This document shows, one piece after another, positions 25,468 to 37,613 of a stretch of DNA of 64,000 bases. Location of the stretch: contig CM082588.2 in assembly GCA_040954595.2 (NCBI GenBank), positions 2,702,144 through 2,766,143 on the forward strand, read 5' to 3'. Both the position numbers and the translations under genes were made by a program. The DNA is from Balanoglossus misakiensis (Eukaryota; Animalia; Hemichordata). The notes beneath the pieces were generated by a model. That model had not been told where the DNA came from, made no database searches, and saw only the letters and a program-made list of their open reading frames with translations. How positions within the stretch are numbered: the first letter of the stretch is position 1; each line of letters begins with the position of its first letter.

Positions 25468-27915
25468 ATGGAGAAACTACGCCTCTCAAAGAATGCCCTA
25501 CGGTTATTTTACAGGTAACAGTATAGTATTCGATCAAGAATGTGCCAGTGACATGTATATACTTGTGTTACAATGTAGCATGCATAATAAGAGTGTAATC
25601 GCAGACGATACAATGGCACTGGCAGTGTATCTTTCGTCCCCAGAAATCGTGCCTCCTATCCTCCCATCCGAAATGGTACTGTGTAATACTCAACTTTGCA
25701 ACATTTTTTTCAGAATCAAGTTGCTACCTCAAGTCAGAACTCTGCAAACATCTCCAAACACTCTGTCATCAAACGATGATGAAAACCAGAATGATAACAA
25801 ATCTGGCCCCGGATCAACAGATGGCCTGGAAGCTCTTCTTGGAGGGATGAAAGTCAAACAGTCTGAGCAATCAGAAACGCTTAGGAGGGATCAGAAGCGA
25901 ATGCTGAACTTCCATCAGCAAAAGCAAAATGAGAAAGACAGTGGTACTGGCAGAGGAGCAAGTTTTCAAGAAACTCTGGAAAGAACTGACATTGACATGA
26001 ACAGAAAAACGAAGCTGTAAGTCAGTATAGAGTATAAAACCTCAAACCAGTGACTTTTCATGGCCTCAACGCTATCTGACAAATAACAAGTACTATTATT
26101 GCAGGTTTTAGCAGCCAGCTTAAAGTAACAATTATTTCTCTTCCACTCACCCACAGTGATTTCATGTCAGCCTTGAAAGCCAAACGTCGCAAACCATCTC
26201 AGACTGCCAGGCACGTAGCTGAATCAGATGCCAGTAGTGAAGACGTTGACGAGGAAATGAGTGAGGCTGCCCTTCAAGAAACAGCAGACTTTACAGACGG
26301 TGATGTGATCAGGGACAGAAGGCAAAACAAAGGACGCAAGCTAACAAGTCTTCAAGATTCTTTCCGGAGAGCCCGGCTGGAGAAAAGGGATAAAAATGAG
26401 CTGTGAGTTCACTCTATAATGCATCTTTTCCTTGTTATTCCATACTGCAATGGCTGTTTCAAGCTGCATATCGGATACACATGTATTGTTTTCTGATGCC
26501 AATGTGTTCTCTTTGTCGGTCATGACAGTGCTGAACTGAGGATTGAACCAGAGCTGATAGATGCTGCCAAGTCAGTGGCTCAGACCCTACCTGGTGACGT
26601 CAAGAAAACAGAGTCCGATCTGTTGAAACAACTGAGAAGTCATGATGAAGCCACCGCTTCTGGTATGAAAGGGGAATCTGCCGACTTTAGGTAAGGCAAC
26701 AGCATAACCCTTTCACCCCCAGTTCCCACTTTTAGATGTCCAGCCTCACCATAGACAACAACAGGTTTATACGTGTACTGGCATTTAATTTCTCCACAGT
26801 AATTTGATGACGGGTCTGAAGGTGAAACCAAGACAGCGCAAGGAGCACCAGGAAGGAATGAGCACAGCACTGGGATTCGACAGTCGCTATGAGGATTCCG
26901 TGCTGATGGAGCCGGCCACAGAGGATTGGCCCAGGGATGGAGTGCCTGCAGACACGGGGTCAAAGGTCAAGGAGGCTCATTACAGAAGGCAGAGAAGGTG
27001 ATTATCCAGCAGTGACATACAATGGAAATGCTGCCAAAGTGTGCCACGTAATTTCTTTTGGTGACTACATCTTCATTTGCTTTTGTATTTTCTTTCATGA
27101 TTCTGTAGGAGATCACTGTTTGACAGACACAGGTTATTTATATTCTCCCCTGAAAGTGAAAAGGAAACTCCACTGATAGTTGGTGAGTATGTTTGACAGA
27201 GTTTGCTAGTATAGCAGAAAACTGTATGGTATTTGCCACAGCCCACCACACTTTCCGGAAGAGTTAGAATCTGACTAAAGGTTTCAGGCAAATTTACCAT
27301 GATGTATCATTTTTTCTTGCAGATGCCATGGTGAAGGCACAAAAAGTCCCCAGTATTTGGGAAGTGGAACACCAAAAGGAACTTGATGCACTCGTGGCTA
27401 TACCGCCCAGAAATGGATTTGAAGAAATGATAGAATGGACTAAAGAAGGCAAATTGTGGAAGTATCCTATAGACAACGAACAAGGTACAGTGAAACTGCA
27501 TGTGCACAGAACGAGAATGAAGATGTCTTGCCTCTGTGTCAAAATGGCCGCCATCACTTAAAATGTGTTGCTTCTCTGCAAGATTTCTCATTCTGAAGAA
27601 TGTCTGCGTTTTGCAAATACAAGGCAACATCTCGATATTTTTCTTCCCTGTTTCCCAGGTCTTGAAGAAGAACAGAGAGTGGGCTTCCATGAACACGTGT
27701 TTCTGGACCACCATTTGAAGAGGTTTCCCTCGAAAGGACCAGTCAGACATTTCATGGAATTGGTGATCACGGGACTAAGTAAGAACCCCTACATTACAGT
27801 GCAGCAGAAGTTGGATCATATTGATTGGTTTGACCGGTACTTCAAGGAGAAGGAAGACCTTTTGAGAGAAGCAGGCGCACTGCCAGAAGACGACAGGAAA
27901 AAACTGGAAGTTTGA
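25468..27915 (+). CDS. MRPS31: Mitochondrial small ribosomal subunit protein mS31
   Basis: Exons 25468-25514 (inferred targeting peptide [16 protein letters not shown]), 25714-26016, 26157-26402, 26529-26690, 26800-26997, 27109-27182, 27323-27484 and 27659-27915. The conserved C-terminus reads [27 protein letters not shown]...FHEHVFL...[29 protein letters not shown] at ~28080. Confidence 0.93.
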
Positions 27916-28381
27916 ACATTAGTCTGAGTGTTGTCTTTGCCCATTGAACATTGCTTGTGGAGAGGGTTTTTTGATTTCATCTCTGCAAGATGGGAACGTG
28001 CATCTGTTTGAGGTCATGTGATGTAGTCTAACATTTTACGTGAATATCTAATGAAGTGGAACTTTTTCAGATGTTTATAAATAAAGCTCAAAATGACACA
28101 ATCTGTGCTCTCATTGACTTTTCTGATCGGTCTGTGAATATTTGAATTGTTTTTGAAACAAGTTCATAGGTCTATGTGCTCTTTGTGGCCCTCTAGAGGG
28201 GGCGCTACATTCAGAGATCTGTCCACTGAACAAGATAAGATAGTGATCATGTGTGAAAATAACAGACCACAACACAAACTTTCACTGATAAATACTTTAA
28301 TAACACTGATATAAATACCAAGTCATATCTGCATAGATTTACACTTTTTACATAGCAGATCTGAACTCAAACAAAAAGTCA

Positions 28382-31300
28382 TCAAATTGGCGGTCGTTCA
28401 AGATGCCGAACACCAAAGTGCACTATTTCAAAGGATGGTAACACAATGCGACTTGTACTCATGCAAACATAATTTACAATTGTGTGTGCAAACTCGGATA
28501 ATTCGAGGTTTGCGTGGAAGGCATCGTTATGCACCCTGACCTGTAGGTTAAATGTCAATGCAAAGAGAGTTACCACCAGAAGGGGGAGGATAAATCCATA
28601 CATGACTCCCCTCTTCTTTGGTACACGAGTCCTGATTTCAGATTTGTCCCGCATGGACCTGGTTCTGTCACAACCTGTCAGTCCATTCAGTTCCTGAACA
28701 TCCAGACGGTTTAATACTGTCTCATCTCTATATTCCATTCTGTCTGTGGCAGTGTTTGTAACATGACTGCGAATGCATTTGCGTCCGATCAGCCTGTCAT
28801 CACGGGTGACATCCAAAGGCAAATTGTCCTGCGTGAACTGGGAAGCCAAATTGTGCGGTATCTGTGTACAATCCTTCACTGTCTCTGTCGGTATTAAAGA
28901 ATCTACACGTGGGCCTTCCTGCAGTTCAGCAGGTTTACTTTCACTTTTCACGAGTTGAGTCATTTCTTTGTGTCCACTCTGGTTAGCACGTTGTCCACGT
29001 TGACTGAAGAGGAGCAAACCGACATTATGTCTGAGACTATTCCTGTTGAAAGCTACGCGTATCCCTTGCATCAGTGTGGGACGGTTGCTTGCCGCGAGAC
29101 CAACACACAAGTCAGAACTCATTGAAGACAAGCATAAAATGTCATTTCCTCTCAAAATGCTTGCTTCCAGTCCTGCTATCCTCGGCACAATTGTAGATAC
29201 TGCCTCCCCGAGCAGATCCGTCGTATTCAAGCTTCCAAAGTTTCCTCTCGGACTATTCCTGTTGACGGCTACGCTTATCCTTTGCATCGGTGTGGGACGG
29301 TTACTTGCCGCAAGACCAACACACAAGTCAGAGTTCACTGAAGAGAACCGTAGACTGTCGTTTCCTCTCAAAATTGCCGCATTCGCTCTTTCCATCCTCG
29401 GCACAATGCTGTGTACTGTCACCCTGACAAGATCCGTCGTATTCAAGCTTCCAAAGTTTCCTCTCAGACTATTCCTGTTGACGGCTACGCTTATCCCTTG
29501 CATCAGTGTGCGACGGTTATTTGCGGCAAGACCAACACACAAGTCAGAACTCACTGAAGACAAGCATAAAATGTCATTTCCTCTCAAAATGCTTGCATTC
29601 AGTCCTTCTGTCATCAGCACAATTGTAGATACTGCCTCCCTGCGAAAGTCCGTCATATCCATGCTTCCTTCGACAGAAAACGTGGACGCCACCTGTTGAC
29701 TTGGTACATTTTGTACGATCGATGCAATATTGTTCACACTCCGATGTGCCGAAGAAAATTCCACTCCCGAGATAGCTCGGCATATATTCAAATGTCCAGA
29801 GCTACGACCGAGCATGTTCTGTTGATAGATTCCAACACCTGTGGCATTGAGTCCTGCCATCAAGGCATATTTGTCCACAGTAAAGATGTTCAATCCAACA
29901 GACATGCGTCGTGTCCCCGTGGAGAGATATCGGTCACTAAAGCGAAGGTTCCCTGTCAAGGTGCGTATCAAACTGAAACCACGGCTATCATATCCTGTCA
30001 ACACTCGACGACGTCCGAAAACTGACCGCGGATTCACTGGCGCCTGTCCGCACGTCACCGACATCGCTTCATCAACACCTGGCGATGTCAAACTCTTGTG
30101 ACTTGGGGTAGTAGGCGCCGCCGTGAAACGCACAACCGCGACTTCAAAGCTTCTCCAGAACGGTCGCCGGGCGTGGATCAGTCTACGAAGACAATGCAAA
30201 ATAAATAAAGGTCAAGGGAGGGGAGGTTTGGGAATTTGAACTTCTGAATTCCGTGAATTTGAAGTTCCTGTGGCTTGATGTAGACACCACGAAGTGAAAG
30301 ATCACTCCAGAACGATCCGTGGGCATGGATCAATCTGAGAAGACAACAAATAAACAGACATCAAAACATCTGCAAATATCTTTTCTGAATTTTTCTAATA
30401 CTACGAACAATCATTTGAATATACTTGCAGAACGTCATCATTGAAATATTCGCTTCTATTATCATATACACGCTGTACTTTCATTCTGAGATGATTTGTG
30501 GAAAAAACATGTACGTCTTTTTGAAATTAAATCGTCTGATTTCCATGAAGTAAAAGAGCTTCTGTAAGGGGCGATACGTGTATGTGTTCAGTGAAATCTC
30601 TGATGTAACCTCGCCACCCGCGAGAGAAGCTACCTAATAAACTGAGCGATCTACACAAAAGAGACATGAAAACGATGAACTCAAAATAACAAGAAACGCT
30701 CTATTTACCTTGCACACGAAATTACACCGCCACGATGGAAGCCAAAGGTTTGAAGTATTCGTCTCCCACTGGCATCATTTCCCAAATCTATGGCAACGAT
30801 GACGTCGGAGAAATGGCGCAGCACCTGGTACTTCATCACTGGCATCTTGCGCCGTGGCATCAGCTCCTATAGACACAGATTGGAGATGTGCGATAATATC
30901 AGAACATTTTCAGAAGGTCTTGCTTGTATATACGTGAGTAAACTAAGTGAAATGTCATTTTGTTCGTCATTCATAAAATATGCACAAGACAAGTCAAGAT
31001 GATTTTCTACATGGACATTATCACGACACTTTGAAAAATTACACCACAGTAGAACGAAATTTCAACAATATCCAGTTATTCCATAATAGTTTCAATCGCG
31101 TTTACATTATGATAAATTGCACTGCCTGGTAACACAGTTCGAAGCATACCTTTGATGTTGATTGAGCTGGTATCCCAGGTGTTGTGGTCTGGTCAGGTGC
31201 CTTTACATTGGTCTGGTCTGTATTTTCAGTCAGGTGGCTGTCCGTAGCAGGTTCAGTTACAGCAATGGCAATATCCTGCTCGTTGTCTGCCACACGTTCC

Positions 31301-34300
31301 GTTTCGTCATCGGCTGTATGTTGTTTTTTCAACGTCACCTCTGCTTCTTCACCAGTCGATCCCTGTTCCTCGGCAGGCGTTGCAATGTCTGATCCACTGG
31401 TTGGAATATACTCCAGGTGGCTGATCCTCATTTCCTGAATCTCTTCCTGGATTTCCACCGGAGTATGGGCTTTTCCATCAGTGATAACTCCCGCCTCACT
31501 TTCGTTACCATCACTGGCAATTTCCTCTGGCTCTTCTGCCAGGTGCTCCTTGTTGCCAATGACGTCATTCTGTCTGGTGGATGCCACAGGTGGTTCGGCC
31601 TTGTGACCCTCTAAGCTGGCGATTGCAGTTCCATTTTCCTCGTTGATGTCTGGCTTGTGATTGCCTGGTGTCGGTGGTACTATACGGTTGACCAATTCTG
31701 CTTGGCTGGTGTCAACTTTCCCTGCCGCACTCTTGGCGATAACATAGTCAGTCCATTCCACACTGGTTGTTTTCCGTCCCTGCAAGTTGTCGCTGCTTTT
31801 ATCTGTAGCAGTGGCAGTGACAGTTGAAGCACCGTACTTGCTTGTCTGCCTTTCTTTATACCATGCATCCATGCTGTAACCGTCGTGCTGATTTTCACTC
31901 GTCCGTCTGTTGAAACGGCGTCGCAGCTGGCACGGCTGAGCTCTTGCCGAGGCGTGGGGAATTGGGCGCTCCTCAGTCTCCTCCAAGTCCGGCGTCACTG
32001 TCACACTCTGACGGGGATTCCTCGTTTCCTCCGGGGTCTTGACACTTTCCCCGTACACCATGTCACTGAAGATTCTTCCAAGTCGCGAAGCTTTCTTCAT
32101 TGTGGCGAAGAATCCCGTGGCGATTTCCACTGTGCTGGGGATTCTGAGCACAGGCGTGGTGCGCTGCTGGTTATCTGCTTCTTCCACTACACCTGCAGGT
32201 GACACATCTTCAGCTCTTCGTTGGTAGAGTATTTCCTCCACAGCTGAAGCTGTCAGCTGGTTCTGTCTCTCCACAGAATCATTCGCCTTCAAAGGAGCGC
32301 TGACTCTGGCTTCCGTGCCTTCAGACACATCAACATTGAGTGGTACGTCATCCATATCGTCACAGTCTACAGCACTATCAACGCCAGGATATTTCAGATC
32401 AGTCACGTTTGCGACAATCTGAATGGATGAAGATGCTGTCTTGCCAACTGTCTTACGCGGTGCGTCACATTCCGGTTCCTTGTCACACTGGACTTGCAGC
32501 TGAGGGACATCGGGCGAGTCCAGCCTTTCGCCTTTGTCACCACCAGACAGTGCTATCGTTACCATCGAGCTTCCTGTCTTGATCAATTGAAACTGTTCAA
32601 CTTCCAATTCAGCGACGGAATCGTCATTAGTGTTACTGTCTGACGGGGGCGTTTGCTCTTGGCGTTGGCGTGTTCTTGCCTCTGTCTCCATCAGCTGAGG
32701 AGCACTTCTTTCAACCTCACAAACTTTCTCACAGATGACATCGATCACAGCCGCGATCTCACATGCCATCTCCTCCTCGGATGTTTGGTCTTGGTTGGCC
32801 TCCATCAACTCTGCCACAGCATCATCGGCGTTGCCGTGGGTTTCTGTCTCCATCAGCTGAGGAGCGCTTCTTTCAACCTCACAAACTTTCTCACAGATGA
32901 CATCGATCACAGCCGCGATCTCTAATGCCATCTCCTCCTCGGATGTTTGGTCTTGGTTGGCCTCCATCATCTCTGCCACAGCGTCATCGGCGTTGCCCTG
33001 GGTTTCTGTCTCCATCAGCTGAGCAGCACTTCTTTCAACCTCACAAACTTTCTCACAGATGCCATCGATCACAGCCGCGATCTCACATGCCATCTCCTCC
33101 TCGGATGTTTGGTCTTGGTTGGCCTCCATCAACTCTGCCACAGCATCATCGGCGTTGCCCTGGGTTTCTGTCTCCATCAGCTGAGGAGCACTTCTTTCAA
33201 CCTCACAAACTTTCTCACAGATGCCATCGATCACAGCCGCGATCTCACATGCCATCTCCTCCTCGGATGTTTGGTCTTGGTTGGCCTCCATCATCTCTGC
33301 CACAGCATCATCGGCGTTGCCCTGGGTTTCTGTCTCCATCAGCTGAGCAGCGCTTCTTTCAACCTCACAAACTTTCTCACAGATGCCATCGATCACAGCT
33401 GCGATCTCACATGCCATCTCCTCCTCGGATGTTTGGTCTTGGTTGGCCTCCATCAACTCTGCCACAGCATCATCGGCGTTGCCCTGGGTTTCTGTCTCCA
33501 TCAGCTGAGGAGCGCTTCTTTCAACCTCACAAACTTTCTCACAGATGACATCGATCACAGCCGCGATCTCTAATGCCATCTCCTCCTCGGATGTTTGGTC
33601 TTGGTTGGCCTCCATCATCTCTGCCACAGCGTCATCGGCTTTGCCCTGGGTTTCTGTCTCCATCAGCTGAGCAGCACTTCTTTCAACCTCACAAACTTTC
33701 TCACAGATGCCATCGATCACAGCCGCGATCTCACATGCCATCTCCTCCTCGGATGTTTGGTCTTGGTTGGCCTCCATCAACTCTGCCACAGCATCATCGG
33801 CGTTGCCCTGGGTTTCTGTCTCCATCAGCTGAGGAGCACTTCTTTCAACCTCACAAACTTTCTCACAGATGCCATCGATCACAGCCGCGATCTCACATGC
33901 CATCTCCTCCTCGGATGTTTGGTCTTGGTTGGCCTCCATCATCTCTGCCACAGCATCATCGGCGTTGCCCTGGGTTTCTGTCTCCATCAGCTGAGCAGCG
34001 CTTCTTTCAACCTCACAAACTTTCTCACAGATGCCATCGATCACAGCTGCGATCTCACATGCCATCTCCTCCTCGGATGTTTGGTCTTGGTTGGCCTCCA
34101 TCATCTCTGCCACGTCATCATCGGCGTTGCCCTGAGTTTCTGTCTCCATCAGCTTAGGAGCACTTCTTTCAACCTCACAAACTTTCTCACAGATGCCATC
34201 GATCACAGCCGCGATCTCACATGCCATCTCCTCCTCGGATGTTTGGTCTTGGTTGGCCTCCATCAACTCTGCAACAGCATCATCGGCGTTATTTTGTAAT

Positions 34301-37105
34301 GTGGGCGCAGCGTCGTTGTCTGGTTTGATCTCTGCTTGCCTTTTCTTCGCCACCAGGTTTTCATTTTCGTCCAAATCAAACTCCTGTTCTTTGACTTCTG
34401 CTCTATGAGCATCATCACTGGACGTGGCGGAGGACACCAAAGATGACGTTGTCATTTCAATGCGTGTGCCCGTCGTCTCGTTTACTTCATAATATTCAAT
34501 GTTGATGACATCCTTATTATTTTCTCTTTCTCTGTCCACTGCACTTAGATTTTCTTCCATTACAGCATATTCATCTTCAACGCTGATTTCATCATCACCT
34601 GTGTGATCATTCACATCCAGTGCCGTCGTCGGACTGCGCAGGGCGGGTTTGCCCGAGGCAAACGCTTCGAGAACATCCAAGTTTCCGGATACCTCATCTG
34701 GCAGAGATGTTTGCTGGGTCAACTGCGCAGGGGCCCGTTGTGGAGCTGCTACCCACGGTTGGGCTGGTTCGGCGGGTAGACCTTTGACCTTGGCATCGGC
34801 TTTTCCATTGCAGTCATCGACCATGCACTGGACACCGCCATCTACACCATGGTAGCCTGGAATGAAAACTGGTCTGCGCAGGACAAGCTGTCCTGACCGA
34901 AAGGTCTTGAAGATATCCAGGTTTCTTGTTACTTCTTCAGGCAGGCACGTTGGTTGATCCGCTTCGCCTGGTGGAAGATATAAATCCACGGAATCCAATT
35001 CGACTGGTGTGTATAGTGTCTCTTTCATGTCGCTGTCTCCCTGAATGGCACTGGTTGGTTTGTCCGCACCATCGCGTTGATCCTGCGTTGTGAGAGGAGA
35101 TGTAGACTTCCATAGGGCAGGTTCGCCGGATGCCATTGTCTGCAGCTGGTCCAATGCCGTGGACACCTCATCCGGACGGAGTTGTGGCAGCTGTATTTTC
35201 TGGTGCATCACGGCACTAGTCGGCCCGGTCTTCAAATTTCTAGAAACATCCTCAGGAACGGCGGCTTCTCCAGGCATATGACCTGACGTGGACACAGCTT
35301 GGTCTTTGGTGTTGCCTCTCTGTGTAATTTCACGGACTTCGTTGTCTTCATCACTGAGCCATCCGTTCTTCCTCCAAAACCTCCGCTCCCTGTGTCGTAG
35401 CCTGTACAGCTTACCGACCTCGTCAGGCATCCTGAATGGACCGTATTCCAACGACTCCGTGTACGGCTTGACGTCGCCTATGGAGAACCGGATCCTCCTG
35501 GCCGGATTCTTGATCTCGTATTCCACTTCCTCCCCATACGTCTTCAAGAGACTCTTCAGTGGCCGGGGGAGGGCGGTTGGAGTTTTCCTCGGCCGTTCCG
35601 TTTCTACCACAGCGCTTTCGGGAATATCGATGGCGACGTGCGCCACCCTCATCCTGTGATGAGCAAACGAACACAACGAGGAGAAAAATACAACATCAGT
35701 ACAGAACAATGTAACTTAAAAGGTCGTGTTTTATACGATGAACTTATTATTATTATTGCAACGATTAGTCCGATAGCAATGCCAAATATTGATATTGCTA
35801 TGATTATCAAGTGGTTCAAGATCAAGTGAGAAATATCCGACCCACAAAATCGTAATCGCCAGTTCTGCCAGTCGGAATATTGCCAGTGTGGATCAGTTTT
35901 CCTCATATTTTGTGAACACGTAGTTATTAAAATAAGTGACAGACAGACTTTCAAGACGTTTAGTGTTTAATATCCAGTCAGGGTGCCGGTGGTTACCGCT
36001 GGGACATCTCCCGAGCTCAGAACATCGCTGACATTGTGTACGGTTTTCAATGAAGTCCAAGGGCAGTGGAAGCGTGTTTTGTTTACGTTTGATCGGATGT
36101 TTTATGGAATCCAGAATAGGATGTTTACCGTTATTTTTTGCTACCGATATGAGCAAATTGATTACATTGATAACGATTCGAGCAGTGACGCATATAAGAG
36201 TGTGGACCTTCACCTCAAACCATTGTGTTAATACAATCGTCCTTCTTCATGCACTCCTAGTTGTCACGTTTGGGGTGTATGCTAATACGAGCTCTGCAGT
36301 CATATACATTTAACATTGAGTGTTATTAAGAAACAGTTGCATCGTGAGCCGCTCGAAGGTCCACCGAACGACAAAAAATGTCCGTAAAACTGAACAGGTT
36401 GGAAGACGTGAAACAAATTCCATTCTTGTTGACGCAAGGTTGACCCGACCTCAAATCCGAGTCTAATCGTTTTCATCTTTCACAACAAATGATTAACCAG
36501 GACACGTTTATACAGTCGACATTGATATACAGCGCATATTATCATCACAGGAAAAAGAAGGGACAATACCGCGTGGATTCAAAATCGTTGATCGGATGAA
36601 CTATGTTCTTTCAAGAGTCACATTACTAGTTACCGACCTACTGTATCCGGATGGACTCGGGCTTGTCCGGAACACGTTTTATTTTAAAATTTAAATGATT
36701 TAATTATTTTAAATTCCTTTACTGTGACACTATGAGTTTGTGTTCAAACAAGACGAACTCTCGCGTCAAAGGTTGCTTGTTAAACCCCCCCCCCCCACAC
36801 ACACCGCGATTTCTATCGGTTTTCTGAATCGAGTAGCATATATGTTTATCCAGAAATACACTGCATTTTCTCGTTTCTTAAATAACCGAAGCACATTTAA
36901 ACCGTTGGATATTACTTGGCATTTAAACCAGCCGAAATAGTGTTCAATGTAGTTTTATATGACAGCTAGTACTTACACTTGCGGAGAAGAAAGGTCGACA
37001 CATATTTCGCCGAATTCATTTGGAATTTACCCAGTTAAACACTCTCCACAGTCACATATTTGTAATACTGTCTTACCTTGACTTCTTAACACTGTCTGGG
37101 CGCAT
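28382..37105 (-). CDS. Large orphan acidic repeat protein (~2,160 aa) with a predicted TM helix near the C-terminus
   Basis: Giant exons 35653-31150 and 30182-28382 are linked in frame by exon 30866-30709. A possible first exon 37105-37077 (MRPDSVKKS) is phase-compatible; otherwise the start is the ATG at 35652. Hydrophobic stretch VMYGFILPLLVVTLFALTF. No domain recognised. Confidence 0.7.
29031..29640 (-). repeat. Coding tandem repeat, 216 bp (72 aa) x ~2.8
   Basis: GTC.TTTCCTCTCAAAAT recurs at 29141, 29357 and 29573. The peptide is ILRGND-L-SS-SDLCVGLAA-NR-T-MQ-I-VA-NRNS. Confidence 0.92.
32680..34290 (-). repeat. Coding tandem repeat, 162 bp (54 aa) x 10
   Basis: The unit NADDAVAE(L/M)MEANQDQTSEEEMA(C/L)EIAAVID(G/V)ICEKVCEVERSA(P/A)QLMETETQG occurs 10 times in ORF 31102..35709. 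Confidence 0.97.
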
Positions 37106-37613
37106 CTTTCATAATTTTTCGAGACATAATCTGGTTAGGTTTTGCAAACGGTGGGAACTTCGTATGGTTGCTTTCGTCGTATAGCGGCGATGTTGTGATT
37201 GACAACCAACAAACAGAAGATTCGGAACTTTTCGAACGACGTGACGTAGTTGTGCGTATTCGGCCAATCCGATCCCCGAGTTTTCCCCGAGTAATCCGAA
37301 CACCACGCCCCCACATCGCTCAATCACCGAGCGCAGTTCCACACACGCCACGCCCAGGGTCTGAAGTATCGTGTTTACGCGCACTATTTTGTACTTTGCG
37401 ATCAGTGACAACGGAAGTATGTTTTACCTGTCAAGTTGACACGCACTTTTGGGCGTGACTCAAGCGCGTGTGACTATCATCACCATCGTCATTATCGTCG
37501 TCAACATAATTATAGTAAATATGATTATACATTGGCATTATTACATACTAGTAAATAACGTGTAGTTATTAACTTGTTTTGTCGCCCTTATCCTACCAGA
37601 GACTCCGGGGTCT

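Noticed and set aside
25605-25675. Possible extra MRPS31 exon
   Set aside because: Its 71-bp length would shift the frame between the flanking phase-2 junctions and cause a premature stop.
32653-34299. Plus-strand ORFs of 90-234 aa
   Set aside because: They are antisense shadows of the 162-bp coding repeat.
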